From contig CM126212.1 in the NCBI GenBank assembly GCA_052327205.1, positions 54,374,001 through 54,438,000 of the forward strand: a DNA stretch of 64,000 nucleotides, given 5' to 3'. This stretch comes from Somniosus microcephalus. Taxonomy: Eukaryota. Under the pieces are notes generated by a model. That model worked only from the letters and a program-made list of their open reading frames with translations. It did not search any database and had not been told where the DNA came from. Positions 11,601-25,524 of the stretch are shown piece by piece. The position numbers and the translations under genes are program-made. Positions within the stretch are counted from its first letter, which is position 1. The number at the start of each line of letters is the position of its first letter.

Positions 11601-14600
11601 TCTTCAGCTGGAACTATCTACTCTAAATCCTATTTCCCTGTCCTTTTTCCCCATGCACTTTTATATTTGTTTTCAAAAACTTATCCAATTCCTTTTTAAA
11701 TTGTTCTAGTCTCTGCCTCAGTAGCCATTGTGGTAAAGCATTCCATGTTATAATCCCTGTGTGAAAACCTAATCATAAGCATAAACAGAATTTATGCCCC
11801 TTGCTCCTATCCTCTCAAAATCTTTCATGATTTTGAAATCCTCTTGGATCCAGGGGAATCATTTACCCTGTTCCAATTAAACCAGCATCAATCTTTCAAG
11901 TCTTTCCTTGTAATTATGGTCTCTAATTTATGGCAATTATAATGAATCATCACTGTACCCTTTATATAAAGGGGGGTGTCCAGAACTGCACACAATATTC
12001 CAAATTAGGCATAAGCAGTGCCTTTACAAATTCAACCTCAACTCAGTGGCCCTATATATAAAATTCAGGATCCCATTTAGCTTTTTTTCATGCCTTTTCC
12101 ATCATAATCCCCCCCCTTTTATTATGTATCCACACCCTAAAGATCTTTGTTCTTCAACTCTATTAAGAATCTATTTAAGTTCACTGTTCCTTTTCCCAAA
12201 ATATGCAATTTTACATCTGCCACCTATCTACCCAACTTGCTAACCTGTCCATATCCTCCACAAATTTCCTGCATTCTTCCTCACAATTGTCATGCCCTCC
12301 AAGTATAAGTGGTATAAGAAACTTCAGTATCATTCCTCTTGCGCCTATGTGCAAAACATTCATAAATTGAAAAAGAACTTCCAGCATTACTCGCATTGGA
12401 CTAAACTGAAAAACATGCACTTAGCCGTACTCTGCTTTCTGTCCCTTAGCCATCTTTCTCCCTATACACCTACATTTCCTTTAACACCATGTCCCTTAAT
12501 TAAAGGGATCATGTAACATACTGCTCACACATAACATACATCACTACAATGTTTCTGTTGACCTAATCTGATCTGTACATTTTATTCTGTTTTGGAAGAA
12601 ATTTCTTTAGGGTTGGGCAAGTTGTATATAGGTCTTAATAGTCACCATGAGTAATAAATGCAATATAATGTGTGTTTTTTTTTTGTTCCCTTTTCAGAGG
12701 ATGGTTAGCAACCGGAGGACGGGATAAAATGGTGAAAGTATGGGACATGACAACAACCAGGGCCAAGGAGATCTATTGTGTCCAGACTATTGCCTCGGTA
12801 GCGCGTGTGAAATGGCGGCCAGAAATGAAGTACCATCTGGCAACCTGCTCCATGATGGTAGATCACAACATTTATGTCTGGGACATTCGCCGCCCGTACA
12901 TTCCATTTGCAATGTTTGAGGAGCACAAGGACGTTACCACAGGAATTGTGTGGCGTCATATTCACGATCCTTATTACCTCCTTTCCGGATCGAAAGACAG
13001 TACTCTGTACCAGCACATGTTCAAAGATGCTAGCCGGCCTGTCGATCGTGCTAATCCTGAAGGATTGTGCTATGGGCTGTTTGGAGACTTGGCTTTTGCA
13101 GGAAAAGACAGCATGTTTGCAAGTGACTCGAATCGAAAAACCTACGCCGGCGACAGACGTTACCCCATTTTTTTCTTCAAGAAGCCAGATATATCGGAAC
13201 AATTTGCAAATGTATCCAGCGCTCTGAATGTATTTGAAACTGAACTGGGCAGCAACTCCATGGACTGGTTTGTCAGCATGGCACAACAGTACATTCTGAC
13301 TGGCCGGTCACTGGCTGAGCTCTGTGATCACAATGCCAAAATTGCTAAAGAATTGTATCGTTATCAGGTACGGTGATTACTTGGATCAAAAATGGAAAAT
13401 ATATACATGTCTTTCCCCCCCGCCCCCCCAGCCAAAGTTTAAAGGGGTGGAATTTTTGCGGGCATTCACTGATCTCCCGCCATGACTTCAGCAGAAACCC
13501 AAGAGAAACGGTGTAAACAGCCGTTTAGTGGCACCTGCTGGAAAGTACATGTGTGCCAGTTGAGGCAAGAGCGGGGTCAGCTGTGGTTCCACCACGGTCA
13601 ATTAGCCTTCATTCGTTACACTTGAAGAATAACCGCTTGGGCACCATATCAGGGGGAGCTGCTGGCACACGTGAAACTGCATCCCAAAATAAATTGTCAT
13701 TTTTAGCAGAGATGGGGAGAATGTTTTGTTCATGTAATGTGCAATTTTAATGATGCATGAACTCTGCCATTTACTGAAAAGTAAGTGTGCCCTGATTCCA
13801 GTCGTGATTGAGGGATGCCAAGCTATGTGCCACTTGAGCAGTAAATATGACTTTGATCCCTCCCCCAAGTGATGCCTTGATAACTAATAAATGACAAAAC
13901 TCATGAGTGAGTTGTGGTCAACCTCTAGGAATGGGATTTAAATGATTTTACAAAGGTTCCTCGTCATGTATGCTGTTTGTGCTATATGTTAATTTAGAAT
14001 AGCAATCATCGGGTACAAATATTTAATTTGTGCTATATTGATATGCATAGTGAATAATGTGCTGCTGACGTTGCTGTGGAGTTCCCCCCCCCCCCCCCAC
14101 TTAATAGTCTGTCCTTAATTGTATTTCATAGAGACTATTCTAACCAGTGTTTATAACAATGTAGCTGGGATTAGGAACTGGGGGGTTGGGGGACTATTCA
14201 CTCTGCGGCACTGTCAGTATTCCCGATGCATTGCACCACTGGTATGAACGAGGTTTAACTTTGTTCCTGTTCTGCATCTAGGTGGCTCAGACATGGACGA
14301 TGCTGAGGATTGTGTACTCCAGCCCAGGTGCTATTTCAGCTGTGAACTTGAATCAAAGTATAGGCAAGAGTGGAGGCTTGCCTCTTATGAACAGGTAAGA
14401 AAAGCAGTGGCAATTTAATTTTATAAAAAAAAAATTAAAAAAAAATTGTGCTCCAAATGTTGGGATACTTGGTACGATCACATTTATGGCCCATGAGCAC
14501 TAAACCATTTGACCATGACTTTCTATCTTTTTTTATTTTGTACTCATTTGGCATAATTCAATTCATTTGCACACAGATTGAATGTATGTTAAGTTACTGC

Positions 14601-17600
14601 TATAGTTATGGCTTTTCTTATTTTAATATATTTGTTTCCACATTCAAAAGTCCCCTCCTTCAAAATTTCTCTGATCTGGTGATTTTTTGGAGCAGTGCAG
14701 TTTCTTTTCATTTAATATAGTAGGTAATCTAATAGATTCATGTTTTATGTTTCTTCCCAGTTATAAGGAGCTCTCTGCAGCACTAGGCAATGAGACTAGG
14801 TTGGAGAGGGGGAAGGCTGAAAATTGGCAAGAGATTAATCATTTAGATTCCTCAAACCCTTTGGTTACTGCAAATGAAGGTACAGTAATATTTGATTTGT
14901 GCCTTGTTACTGTGTCAGTATTTTTGTACATGTGCAATGGAATTCCAGTTAAACAGCTCATTAAAGTTTATCCAATTAAACTTATTAATGAGACACTGGT
15001 ACTACAGTGTCAATTCTGGTGCTACTTGGCCTATAAGATTTATCCGAGTGCTAAAGGTTCTGACTGTTATGACATTGTTTATAAAAAATTATGTAAATGG
15101 ATTTTACAGTATCCAAGAGTCTATCCATCAATACACTGACCGTTTTTCAGCAATATCTCGCGTGGTAGATTGAGAAATAATTCTAGTAAAGAACTTGGTC
15201 CTCGCCAACAATCTTCACTGTTACAAAAATGTTATTTTTCACTTGAAGTAGTTTTCTTTTTCCTTTCTCTCTCCGCTTAGTTATTCATACACTGACAGGA
15301 CAGAGGCACAATCTGGTCGCAGGTCTCTTTTTTTCTTGTAACTGGCCACTAAGGTTGAGGGCAGCTCAGCTTGACTTACTTGAAGTCTTAACTTTACTCC
15401 TTTCTGGCCTGGGACGTGCCCTACATCCTTCTTCTGTTGTATCCTGCTACTACCTAACCTTAAATCTTGGGTACTAAAAATTGAATGTCTCGTTTCTTGT
15501 AGCTTTGTGACCTCAATAGAAATACTGAAAGATAATGACGCAAATGCAGCGCATCACACTAGTTAGGATTTCTTCATCCCAGAGCGGTTTGGTTTAGTAA
15601 TACCAATAGAATTGTGTTATCTGATTTGGTTTTCATCACTTTGGGGGGAAAAAAAGAATGTTCGGGGCATGAAATCACTATACCGTTTGGCAGGTAAACA
15701 ACACTAGTGTAAAACTTTAGCTATCTACTTTCCCACTCCTATCCCAATGAAAATGAGGTTGGAACTCAATTGAGCAGGGGAGTGCCAGGTGGAAGCTGTG
15801 CCCCACATTTTTACTGTGTGTTAGTGCTACAATAATCTGCCGCCATGCCATCTTGGTTTAGTATTCCTCTTGCTAGTTGTGATTTCTTGTAAGTGATGGG
15901 TTAAATATTTTCAATGTGAGCAAAGTTCTCACTTTTTTAGTATCTAATCTAACCTGACTTTGATATTTTCCTGCTGCCATTCTACAGAGAATGAGGAGAC
16001 AGAAGGTAGTGACGTGCCTGCTGATTACCTGTTTGGGGACGTGGAAGGAGATGAAGATGACCTTTACATGGTGGACCATGAAAATGCTCCTGGTGAGCAT
16101 TTATTCACATACCTGTTAGGAGAAATGGCCACTGTTAACACAGTCAGTCTTCACTATGCAAGTGATAAGTCTCCTACCCATAAGAGTATTCTTCTGCAGT
16201 TGTATATGGAGATCTGTCATTAAGCAACTAGTATGTGCAAACAATGGTTAGGTCTATTTCTGGTGCCGGATGCTCTAAGGCGATTAAATAAAATTAATAG
16301 TAGTTAAGACTAGATAGTGATGAGGGACTTGGTTGGTACTAAACTGTTTAGCCATCTTGGAGTCTTACAAGAGATGTCCAGCATCAAGTAAAGCACAATT
16401 TCCTGCTGTCACAATGAGCGCTGCCTACTGGTTGTGTCGAGGGCTGTTCTCCACCAAGGAGACCCAACATGTCTAATCTTCAGCAGGCTGATGGCCAATG
16501 CTAAACCTAGTGGTTTCTCAATGACGTAGGATTTTTTTTTAAGCTGAGTGTGAAATGTATTGTCCCCTGGAAGTGCTCCCTCAGCCCCCCTGTTAATTTC
16601 TGATAACTTAAAAGTACTGATGGTTGCAGTGACCCTTGGGATTTGCATATTCCAATGCTTTTGCATAGTCTTCAGCATTAATAATCTGCATGCAAAACTA
16701 GCTAGCATACACATTTCTTGGAGTTTGTGTGTCTGACTTGCATACAAACAATAATGCTGGGTGTGTAAATTCATGCATTAAACTTCAGGCTCATATTGTA
16801 TGCTGGTCAGAACAACAGCAGACCATACTCCTGTTCCAGTTGTAGTTGAAAAGCCTCCTGTAGGTCACACTGAGCCTGGGTAAGCAGGGCCATCATTTGA
16901 CCAGTACGTACAAGTCTGCATGCAGCCAACATTTGCAACCCAGTTTGTAAACGTTTTCCTTCTTGACAAATTACTGCTACATGTTTTGTGACCTTTTTAC
17001 TTACCAATTTTCACCCCTGACATCCTTTCCTGAAGGCATTGACGCCTTATTGAAGTATGGTTCCACTGACACTCTCTTGTGCCTCACTCTCTAGTGATTA
17101 TTATTCATATGTGAACTTTGGTGTGAGTGTTTGGAGGCTATTAAATCATGAAGATCCTGTCTTCATTATGTGTGTGTTTTGTAGTGATTGGAAATGGGAA
17201 CCTCAGACACGTTCCCCTCCCTAACCCAAGGCCCTGAGGCCAATTGTGCTACCTCTATCGCCAGGCCATCCCCACTGCAATGAGCTGGTGGTTCCCTTGC
17301 CCATCAGCAGGGAACATCAGAATTTTGGGTGGAATTTTTAGACTATTAAAATGAATGGTCGTAAAATCGCAACCCGTGCGCACCCAAGTTTCTGATTTGC
17401 GCTGCTAGTGAGGCAGTGCGGACTCGCAAAATTACCCCTTGTATATGTAAAGGTGCTGTTCTAGAATAGGATCCCTGTTCAATTTTCTTGTTTCTTTTAA
17501 ACGGCAATGACACAATTTCCTTGCATAACTGCCTTTCCTGTTTGTTAGCAGAGGAACATGAATACATTTTACCTCAGGAAGCGTTTCAACTGCGTCACGA

Positions 17601-20600
17601 AATTATAGATCACCCTTCGGCTCCAGACCATCTTCAGGATAAAGTGGAATCTCCGCATGTCAGTGGAAACGAAGCGGAGACTGTGTGCTTAACCCCAATA
17701 GAATCCTTTTCCCTCATGTCAATCTCTCAGCCTCTCTATGATGCCTATCTGCCAGCTGATTACTTTAATTCCCTTGTTAAGGACATGCTGCATTACTATG
17801 CGGAGCAGGGAGATGTCCAGATGGCTGTATCCGTTCTCATTGTACTCGGGGACCGTATTCGGCGAGAAATTGATGAACAGACACAGGTAAGCATATGTTG
17901 GAATAAACTGCATTTTCTGCCAATTTCAGTGTTAAGCAACCAGGGAAGATGAGGGGAAAACTCGTCTCAGATCATTGGGGTGGCAGCCATTTTTTTAAAT
18001 ACGCAAGATTTGGGAATAGACATCACAATGGTCACTTCATTTCTGATGGGTCTGTGACAGCCATCAGGGAGCAGATTTCTGTCCCATTTCATAGAAATAG
18101 CATTGAAACTAAGATTTATGTTGTCCCCCACTAAATAAAAAATTGGAATTGCTTTAATGAAGCAATCTCCATTGTGTATAAAGCTTTCCTCGTCATCTTA
18201 ACACGTCATATAAATATCATGACATTTGATTGCAATTGTTCTGTTCTGTGATGTGAAATTTGTGCGGATTCCTAAAGAATATCAAAATTCCTGAAAGTAC
18301 AATTACTACAGTATCTTTTTATTTCATTAGATGACAGTTCAAACCTCTTCTTTCTTTGACTAACACTACCTAAATAATAAGAATTAGATGCTGCTTCAAA
18401 GTCCAGAAGATGCAGTAATAAAATTAGTTTCCATTGTTTGAATATTGGGTATTTTTGTCTGAAAGGGGTGCAAACGCTGATGGTTAATTTTATTACATCG
18501 GATTAATGATGATCTTTACCATTTAAACTTTATTTGGGGACAGTATGGTTACTTAACATGAAGTTGTAATCGAAAAATATTCAGCATCTTGGAATTGCAC
18601 TACATTATGTGCCATCTCTCTGCCATTAATCATACAAGAAGGATTCATGCATGGAATTTCCCCACCCTGTGCATGGACTTCACAGTGTAAACTTCAGTGC
18701 TGGAGGAGTTACTGAGTTACAAATAATTCAGCTGCCTTGCACTGTTGAGTTCAAAAACTCCTCCATCCAGATCCCCTGTAATTATGATTTAATGAGCACG
18801 CAACATTTAAATAAATTTTAGTTGAATGTAAAAAAATAATTTTGTGTGTCCTCCAACTCCATTCCTATCGCATCCAGTCTCTGCAGCTCACACTTTCACC
18901 CCAACCCATTTTTGTTTTTTTGCAAAATGCCACACTTGATTCACCACCCCATTCGACGCTATACCCGTATCGACCTCTCTTCCTGCCGTTCTTTGATTCC
19001 CTCCTGGACATACCCACAGCCTTCCCTTTGCTCCACTAGATATCCACCACCACAGCACGCAGCAACTGCTGCATGCTAATGTGTTGTCTACCACCCTTCT
19101 ATGTCCCATGATTTATCTGCTGAGATCTCCCTTAGCCTTTGCACCAAGTCACTTCTCATCTGTAGCAATTTCAGCCACCTCAAATTCCTAGTTTTTCTTC
19201 CTGTTTCCTTAGTCTCTACTTAACCTTGTCCTACACATTGGGCCATCTGTTGCCATCATATGTGGACTTTGAAACTTCTGAAGTTTCAATCAGTGGCAAG
19301 GCCATTTCTGATTTATCACTGTGTCACACCTGCCTGCCACCCTCTAATCCACTACAGTCTCTGCTTTGTCAGACTTGTCTATCTGACATCAAGTTATGGG
19401 CAAGCTCAAACATTTTTTTAGCTGAACATTGGGATAACAATACATCTGTTTGACTGCTGCCAAAACTCTGTAGCTTTGGCCTTGACTGCATCCCTCTCCC
19501 CAGCTACCTAATCAGGCTTAACCAGATGGTGTGGAACCTCCCAGTTGAGCTGAGTATCAGTCCCCAAATCATATCCATCAAGTACCAGCTCTTTCCCTAC
19601 CTCATACCCATAGCTATGCCTTAGCTACCTCAAGACTCAGCTCCACCCTACACAAACTCCATTCATCCCAAAATCTGCTTACCCATCACTTGTCCTCACT
19701 GACCTCCACTGGCTCCCTACTCTACAGTGCACTAAATTCACAATCTTTACTTTGGCTTTCACAACTCTTGTGGCCTTGTCCCACCCTACTTCTTACCTCC
19801 TCCAGCCCTGTGTCTTAGCAATGCTCTTTAATCCTCCATTGGTCACAGCCTTTAGCCATATTTGTCCTACTCTTTGAAACTCCTTCCCAAAGCTACTTTC
19901 CCAATTTTTAAAAATACTCTCAACCTATGTTTTTGGTTCTCTCTCCTAACCGTCATTGCTCACTGTCTGCTCTGTTCCGTTCCATGTGTAGCACTTTGGG
20001 ATGTTTTATTTAAAAATGGATGTCATTGACCAAACCTCTCTGGGAAATATTGATCATCGCACTGAATATTTAGAACTTTGCCTTTTATTCTTTGTTGCCA
20101 GGAACACTGGTACACGTCTTATATCGATCTGCTACAGCGTTTCAAACTGTGGAATGTCTCAAATGAGGTGATCAAGTTGAGCACTTGCAGCTCCATCAAT
20201 TGTTTTAACCAGGCGTCCACCACCCTTCACATCAACTGCAGCAACTGTAAACGACCGATGAGCAGCAAGGGCTGGATCTGTGATAGGTGGGCTACATCTG
20301 TGATAACTGCTATTGGAGGGAAAGCTAGAAGAGTTCAGTGTCTCTGCTAATAGTACAAACAATTCTATTGGGGGCAAGCTGGAAATGTTTGAAATTACTC
20401 ATACAAAATTCCTTTTTGACTGAAACCGACAAACCCATTTCTAATACTGAGAGAAAAAGTTCGTACTCTGCATACAGTGTTAGGATTTTTCATCCTTCAG
20501 CTTCACCATTCTCTTCTGTCCTGTTACAGCATCTTAAAACCTACTCCTTTGTTGAATTTTCTGCAGTTCTTTCTGCCACATACAAGTCACTGATGCAGTA

Positions 20601-21930
20601 CAGGCAGCTTTAGGTTTTAGAGAAACCTAGGTTCAAAATGTTGAACACCAGTAACCTTGGGGGAAAAAAATTGGAGAGAAAATGTGATAAGTCAAGTAAT
20701 ATAACCTTGGGCAGTGGTGAAAACAGTATTTGAATTCTCTTCTGAGAGCTCATAAGGGCAGATTCTATGATTGGTTGCTCCAGGCAATCACTGCTCTGTA
20801 GCAAGTGATTTTCCATCTGATATAGCGAAAAGCACTTGCTTAAGGCCCGCACTCAGTGAATGCCATCTTGCAGGGAGGACCTGATTACAGAATTAGCCCG
20901 ATTGCGTCATCCATCTCTTCCTTCCTCCACTTTGGGCAACGAGCAGAAGTTTCCTGTACAGTGAACCAGATCCCAGTCCATCATTGATGGGGTAGCAGCA
21001 GAAAGACAATCATGGAAAAACACAACTCATTCACTTTTAGCCTTCAAGCAAGGGACCCGCTATCCCGACCCGGTCTGGTCTTCATGTGACTCCAGTCCCA
21101 CACTCTGTGGTTGACTCCATTTCCTCAAGTGGCCTAGCAAGCTGTCCAATGTAAACGATTGTTGCAAAGTTCAGTGACTAGGTCCACCTCCTCCACCTTG
21201 GGGTAACTAGCGATGGGCCATAAATGTCACCCACATCCCGAGAACCAATCCAAAAAAAAGTCCATAAAGGTGAATTATTCCACACTGTCACTGTTCTCAT
21301 TCCTTGACCCTAAACTATACGAACTAGGTATTTACTAGTTGAAATTACAATACGATCATGAGCTGAATCTACACTTTCTAAATGATCCATATCTAAAATG
21401 CGGCTCTGCAGGTCTTGTGGATATATTTAAGATGGCATTGTTTTTGCTTGAATGAACAAAGTGCATTGGATTTTACTTTTTCTGGCTGCATAGCGACCTT
21501 TTGTTATATGAAGTTACATATATTCCATTTAGTAAGTGATAGAAATACATTTAGAAGTAATTACTGTTTAATGGTCACTAAAATCCAGAAATATAGCTGT
21601 TGAAATTCTTTAGGTCATTTATACCATTTCTCAGAGTTCCACCGGTTTCTTGCCAAAGCCACTACGTACAACCAGTGTTGGAAGAGTAATGTATTTTAAT
21701 GTAACCGCCAGTATTATCTGCTCTCTAACCTGCTGTTGCATGTTTTTCTTTTGTGTTTTAGATGCCGACAGTGTGCTAGCATGTGTGCGGTTTGCCATCA
21801 AGTTGTTAAAGGGCTGTTTGTTTGGTGCCAGGGATGTAGCCATGGTGGACACTTGCAGCACATCATGAACTGGTTAAGGACTAGTTCACATTGCCCAGCT
21901 GGATGTGGCCACCTCTGTGAATATACCTGA
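8215..21930 (+). CDS. WDR24: WDR24 (GATOR2 complex WD-repeat protein), complete spliced CDS: join(8215..8695,9913..10090,12698..13367,14282..14394,14761..14879,15988..16092,17549..17886,20102..20286,21762..21930), 2358 nt, ~785 aa
   Basis: All introns are GT-AG with consistent phases. The translation runs from [11 protein letters not shown]...[14 protein letters not shown] through WD40 repeats to the C-terminal Zn/RING region [23 protein letters not shown]...[12 protein letters not shown], which I recognise as vertebrate WDR24. Confidence 0.97.
8987..9793 (+). mobile_element. CR1 3' fragment in a WDR24 intron
   Basis: [19 protein letters not shown] and [14 protein letters not shown] motifs; CR1 tail. 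Confidence 0.93.
9913..10090 (+). CDS. WDR24: WDR24 coding exon 2
   Basis: ctgtag|GTCAG; [11 protein letters not shown]...CCDWHPDD; donor gtgagt. Absent from the ORF track. Confidence 0.95.
11538..12520 (-). mobile_element. Old degenerate CR1 fragment
   Basis: Decayed RT and 3' motifs, e.g. ccagaactgcacacaata; [15 protein letters not shown]. Confidence 0.7.
12698..13367 (+). CDS. WDR24: WDR24 coding exon 3
   Basis: ttttcag|AGG; [16 protein letters not shown]...ELYRYQ; donor gtacgg. Confidence 0.96.
14282..14394 (+). CDS. WDR24: WDR24 coding exon 4
   Basis: catctag|GTG; [16 protein letters not shown]...LPLMN; donor gtaaga. Confidence 0.94.
14761..14879 (+). CDS. WDR24: WDR24 coding exon 5
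   Basis: ttcccag|T; [18 protein letters not shown]...TANE; donor gtacag; phase 2 in, phase 1 out. Confidence 0.9.
15988..16092 (+). CDS. WDR24: WDR24 coding exon 6
   Basis: ctacag|AG; [26 protein letters not shown]; donor gtgagc. Confidence 0.94.
17549..17886 (+). CDS. WDR24: WDR24 coding exon 7 (NAGNAG acceptor; alternative start 17552)
   Basis: ttag|CAG|AG; [13 protein letters not shown]...[27 protein letters not shown]; donor gtaagc. Confidence 0.94.
18840..20030 (+). mobile_element. Degenerate L2-clade LINE fragments
   Basis: Pyrimidine-rich; motifs gacatcaag..tgg, ctccactggctccc, agcactttgggatgtttt tail. Confidence 0.6.
20102..20286 (+). CDS. WDR24: WDR24 coding exon 8
   Basis: tgccag|GAA; [14 protein letters not shown]...[16 protein letters not shown]; donor gtgggc. 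Confidence 0.95.
21762..21930 (+). CDS. WDR24: WDR24 coding exon 9 (last)
   Basis: ttttag|ATGC; [13 protein letters not shown]...LCEYT; TGA at 21928-21930. Confidence 0.96.
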
Positions 21931-23829
21931 GAAAGCAGTGCTGAAAAACGCAACATGGCATCCAACGAGCAGCGGCTGACTTTCTAATAACTGTAATCCA
22001 ACAGATGTGGGCACCACTGTAACTGTTCCCGAGATCGTTTTAAAAATGTATGCTGCAGATACCAAAAAATAGGCTAAAATTGGGTTCAGTCAAAGTTGAC
22101 TCAATCACCATGAAAATCTATAGTTCTATTCAAACATAAAATATGTTGACTGACAATTGACTGAACAGTGTTTAGGTTTGAAGTTTTTTTCTCAATTGTT
22201 TTCTTTCCCCACAGCCACCTCTGTTGAGGTGACGTTGTCAAGAACCAATTACCAAAAGGGACTTGCTGTGAATCCATCTTATTGCAAAAAGCAATATAGT
22301 GACTTGGTTGTGAAAACTGATCATTACTGATAGTAAAATACTGTTGGCTTGCTTTTCAGTTGTTGACAGGTACTGAAATGTGTCTCCCATAAGGTTCAGA
22401 GCACAAACTAATGTATAAAGATGCTAATTAAAGCAACTGGCACAGATCCCATGTTGGTATCAGTGAGTGGGTGCGATGCCAATTTATCGTGGGACAACGG
22501 AAAGCATTTCGCTATTCCAGGACTAACCACATGGTCAAGCAGCTGGATGGTTGTGGGCTTTTGGGATTTATTTGCACGCACACACAGATCGTTAACAGAA
22601 CAGAGGTGAAGCAGTTCCAATCTTACAGCAAAGCTTAAGCAAAATGCTAACTTTTTGCTAAGCTTATTTGGATGGTCAGCATCATTCACAGCCTTCTGTA
22701 TAATATGTATCTTGTGCACAAATCTGTTCTATCAAGTCTAAGTAAAATGTCAGCGTGTTAATGTTTGGACCTTTTTTTGTTGTTAAAGGGGGCCAGCGCG
22801 GGTAGGAAATTTATTTAGGTATCCTTTCTAATTCAGTATCTGGAGATGTTTGGGACCCACAGAGTGGATCATGTGGCAATGTAGAGTTTAAAAATAAAGC
22901 ATAGAATGCTGATTATTTTATTTAGCAATGTTTGTGTGTGAAATGTGTGTGTGTGTGAATTTAAAAATGCTCTGATTTAAGTATGTTTTGATCTTCAGTC
23001 AATATGCTCATGTAGCATTGTAAAGATCAGGTAGACAACACATTAAGGTTGTGGTTATAAAGCACCTACATGCAGTTAGTAATTTTTTGGAAGGTACAGT
23101 GGCAAGAACCTCAGCAGCATTCCAGCAACCTGCTTCAACAAAAGCAGTATCCTAGACCTAAAGTGGGGCAGAATATGCATTGTGAATTCAGCCATATTAT
23201 ACCCACCACCAAATGAGAGTTGTAATATATCTTCCAAACTTACTGCCTCATTTAGAAGATGCAATAAAAATGTTATAAAATAACCAAGTTGAATTTACAG
23301 AGTAGGCAAAGCATATGAGATTATTTTTGTTCATCGTCTGCTATTAGTGGGATGAATTGGAACTTCTTCCAAAAGGAAACCCATTTCTGGAACATAATCA
23401 AGAATGACATTTAGCAAAAAGTACTCTAACCTCAATTGCATAGGCATCTTGATAGTTTTCCACTACCTTTTGTTAGAACCTTTGTTGCAACTACTTAGAA
23501 TATTGCTGTGTCCATGGGTTACATTCCACATACAAGGAAGACCTCATAACCCATAAATTGTAATGAAATAAAAGACTTTTTAACTTGCTTTCCTTTTATG
23601 TTCAGTTTTACAATGCAGCTCTCCTGTTATCTGGTTGAGGTTGTGGCAGAGACTGAAGGTAGATGAAAATATAGTCTTCCTTACACTTGTATTATAATCA
23701 TTTATATTGTTTGTTATATTTCTTAAGACTAGAGTATTTTTAAAACTATTTATATAGAGTTTATTTTACATTGTGAATTCTGAATCCTTCCAGAAGCAAC
23801 TATTAGTACACTGCTGTAAACATGCTTTA

Positions 23830-23835
23830 AATAAA
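23830..23835 (+). terminator. Candidate distal poly(A) signal of WDR24; others at 22893, 23263, 23567
   Basis: AATAAA followed by a U-rich tract, at the end of a repeat-poor AU-rich stretch downstream of the stop codon. Confidence 0.45.
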
Positions 23836-25524
23836 TATATTGGCTGCTGTAATTTTTCTCATTGCATTTCATTCATTCTCCGGTACACCACACAAAGTTC
23901 TCTGGACAGTTGTTTCACATTAAAATCTTTGACTGAGCTTTTGATCACCTGTCCTTTAGCTCATGCCAATTTTTTTTGTTTGATTGTACTCATGTCAAGC
24001 ACTTTGGGATGTTTTACTATGCTCAATGTGTGTTATCCTCAAGTAGAGGGGCTAAACTGATGTGATTTGTTCATTAGGTGGGAGAGATTAATAAATTTAG
24101 AGAATCTGATCTGGAATTCCTGTGCAGGAGGGTTGAGTACCAATTGGTGGTGGTAGGGTTTTGGTGTAGGATCACATGGTGGGGGCACAAAGTGGTGTCA
24201 AGATCTCAGTTGCCCCAAATAATCAGCACATGAAGTATTTGCAGCCACTCTTGTGCACCCATCGGAGAGCTTCTGCCAGGGTTAGCCATTCAGCCCCTCG
24301 AGCTTGTTCCGCCAGTCAGTGAGTTCATGGCTGATCTGTATCTTAACTCCATCTACTTACCTTGGTTCCATATCCCTTAATACCCTTGCCTAACAAACAT
24401 CTGTCATTCAGTTTTGAAATTTTTAATTGACTTAGCCTCAACAGCTTTTTTTGGGGGGGGGGGGGGGGTGCAGGGGAGTTCCAGATTTCAACTAATCTGA
24501 AGAAGTGCTTTCTGACATCACCCCTGAACAGCCTAGTTCTAATTTTAAGGTGATACTCACCCACCAGAGGAAATAGTTTCTCTCTAATAGGCAAACTGAT
24601 TATACAGATTATGGAAAAGCAAAATACTGCAGATGCTGGAAATCCTGAAACAAAAAACGATTAAAGAATTTTACAGCACGGAGGAGGCCATTCAGCCCAT
24701 CATACCAGTGCCAATTATCAAAGTGAGCTGTTGTCCCATTTAATAATTTTTCATTTAAAAGCTATTATGCATTCTGTTCCTGGTATCACATTCCATGTCC
24801 TAACAACCATCTCTTTAATAGTTTGGTGGTTCCCTTAAATTTATGGCCTCTAGTTACCACACACCAATACTTTATCCTGATTAATCTCATCAAATTTTGA
24901 ATTTTTTATGTACTAAAAGAGCCCCACTTTCCCCGGTCTGTCCTCCTAACTAAAGTATCGTATCCATGGCACTATCGTAAATCTTCTCTGCACCCTCTCC
25001 ATGGCCTTGACATCCTGCCTAAAGTAGCTGCTCCCAAAATAGACTATTATAACTCATCTACCCAATGATTTGTACAAGTTTAGCACTCTGTGCCCCTTTT
25101 TTAAAAAAAAACAGCTAAGTACCTTGTCCTTTCTCCTTTGAAGATTTGTGTATCCTGTGGCACAACTTCCATAATCCAAGGAATTTTTAAGGATTGTGGT
25201 CAAAGTCTTTGCTATTTCTTTTCTGACTTCCATCAGCGTTCTAGGATGCATGCCATTTGTGCCCAGTGTCTTTTCCACCATTTCCCCCCCCCCCCCCAGT
25301 TTTATTTCCTTATCTATATTTATCCTAATTGGTCCATGACAAAACCAAGGCAAAACATCCATTGGTATCGACTATTCCTTCATTACATTTTCCATTTCTA
25401 ATCTGCTCCAGCCTTTAACTTTGTTTATAAATAACTTTACTCTTGCTATCTATCTGTATTCATACCCCCAGCCATTCCAATCATTTTTTGCTTCCCTTCT
25501 AGTTTCTATATTCGGCTTGATTTC

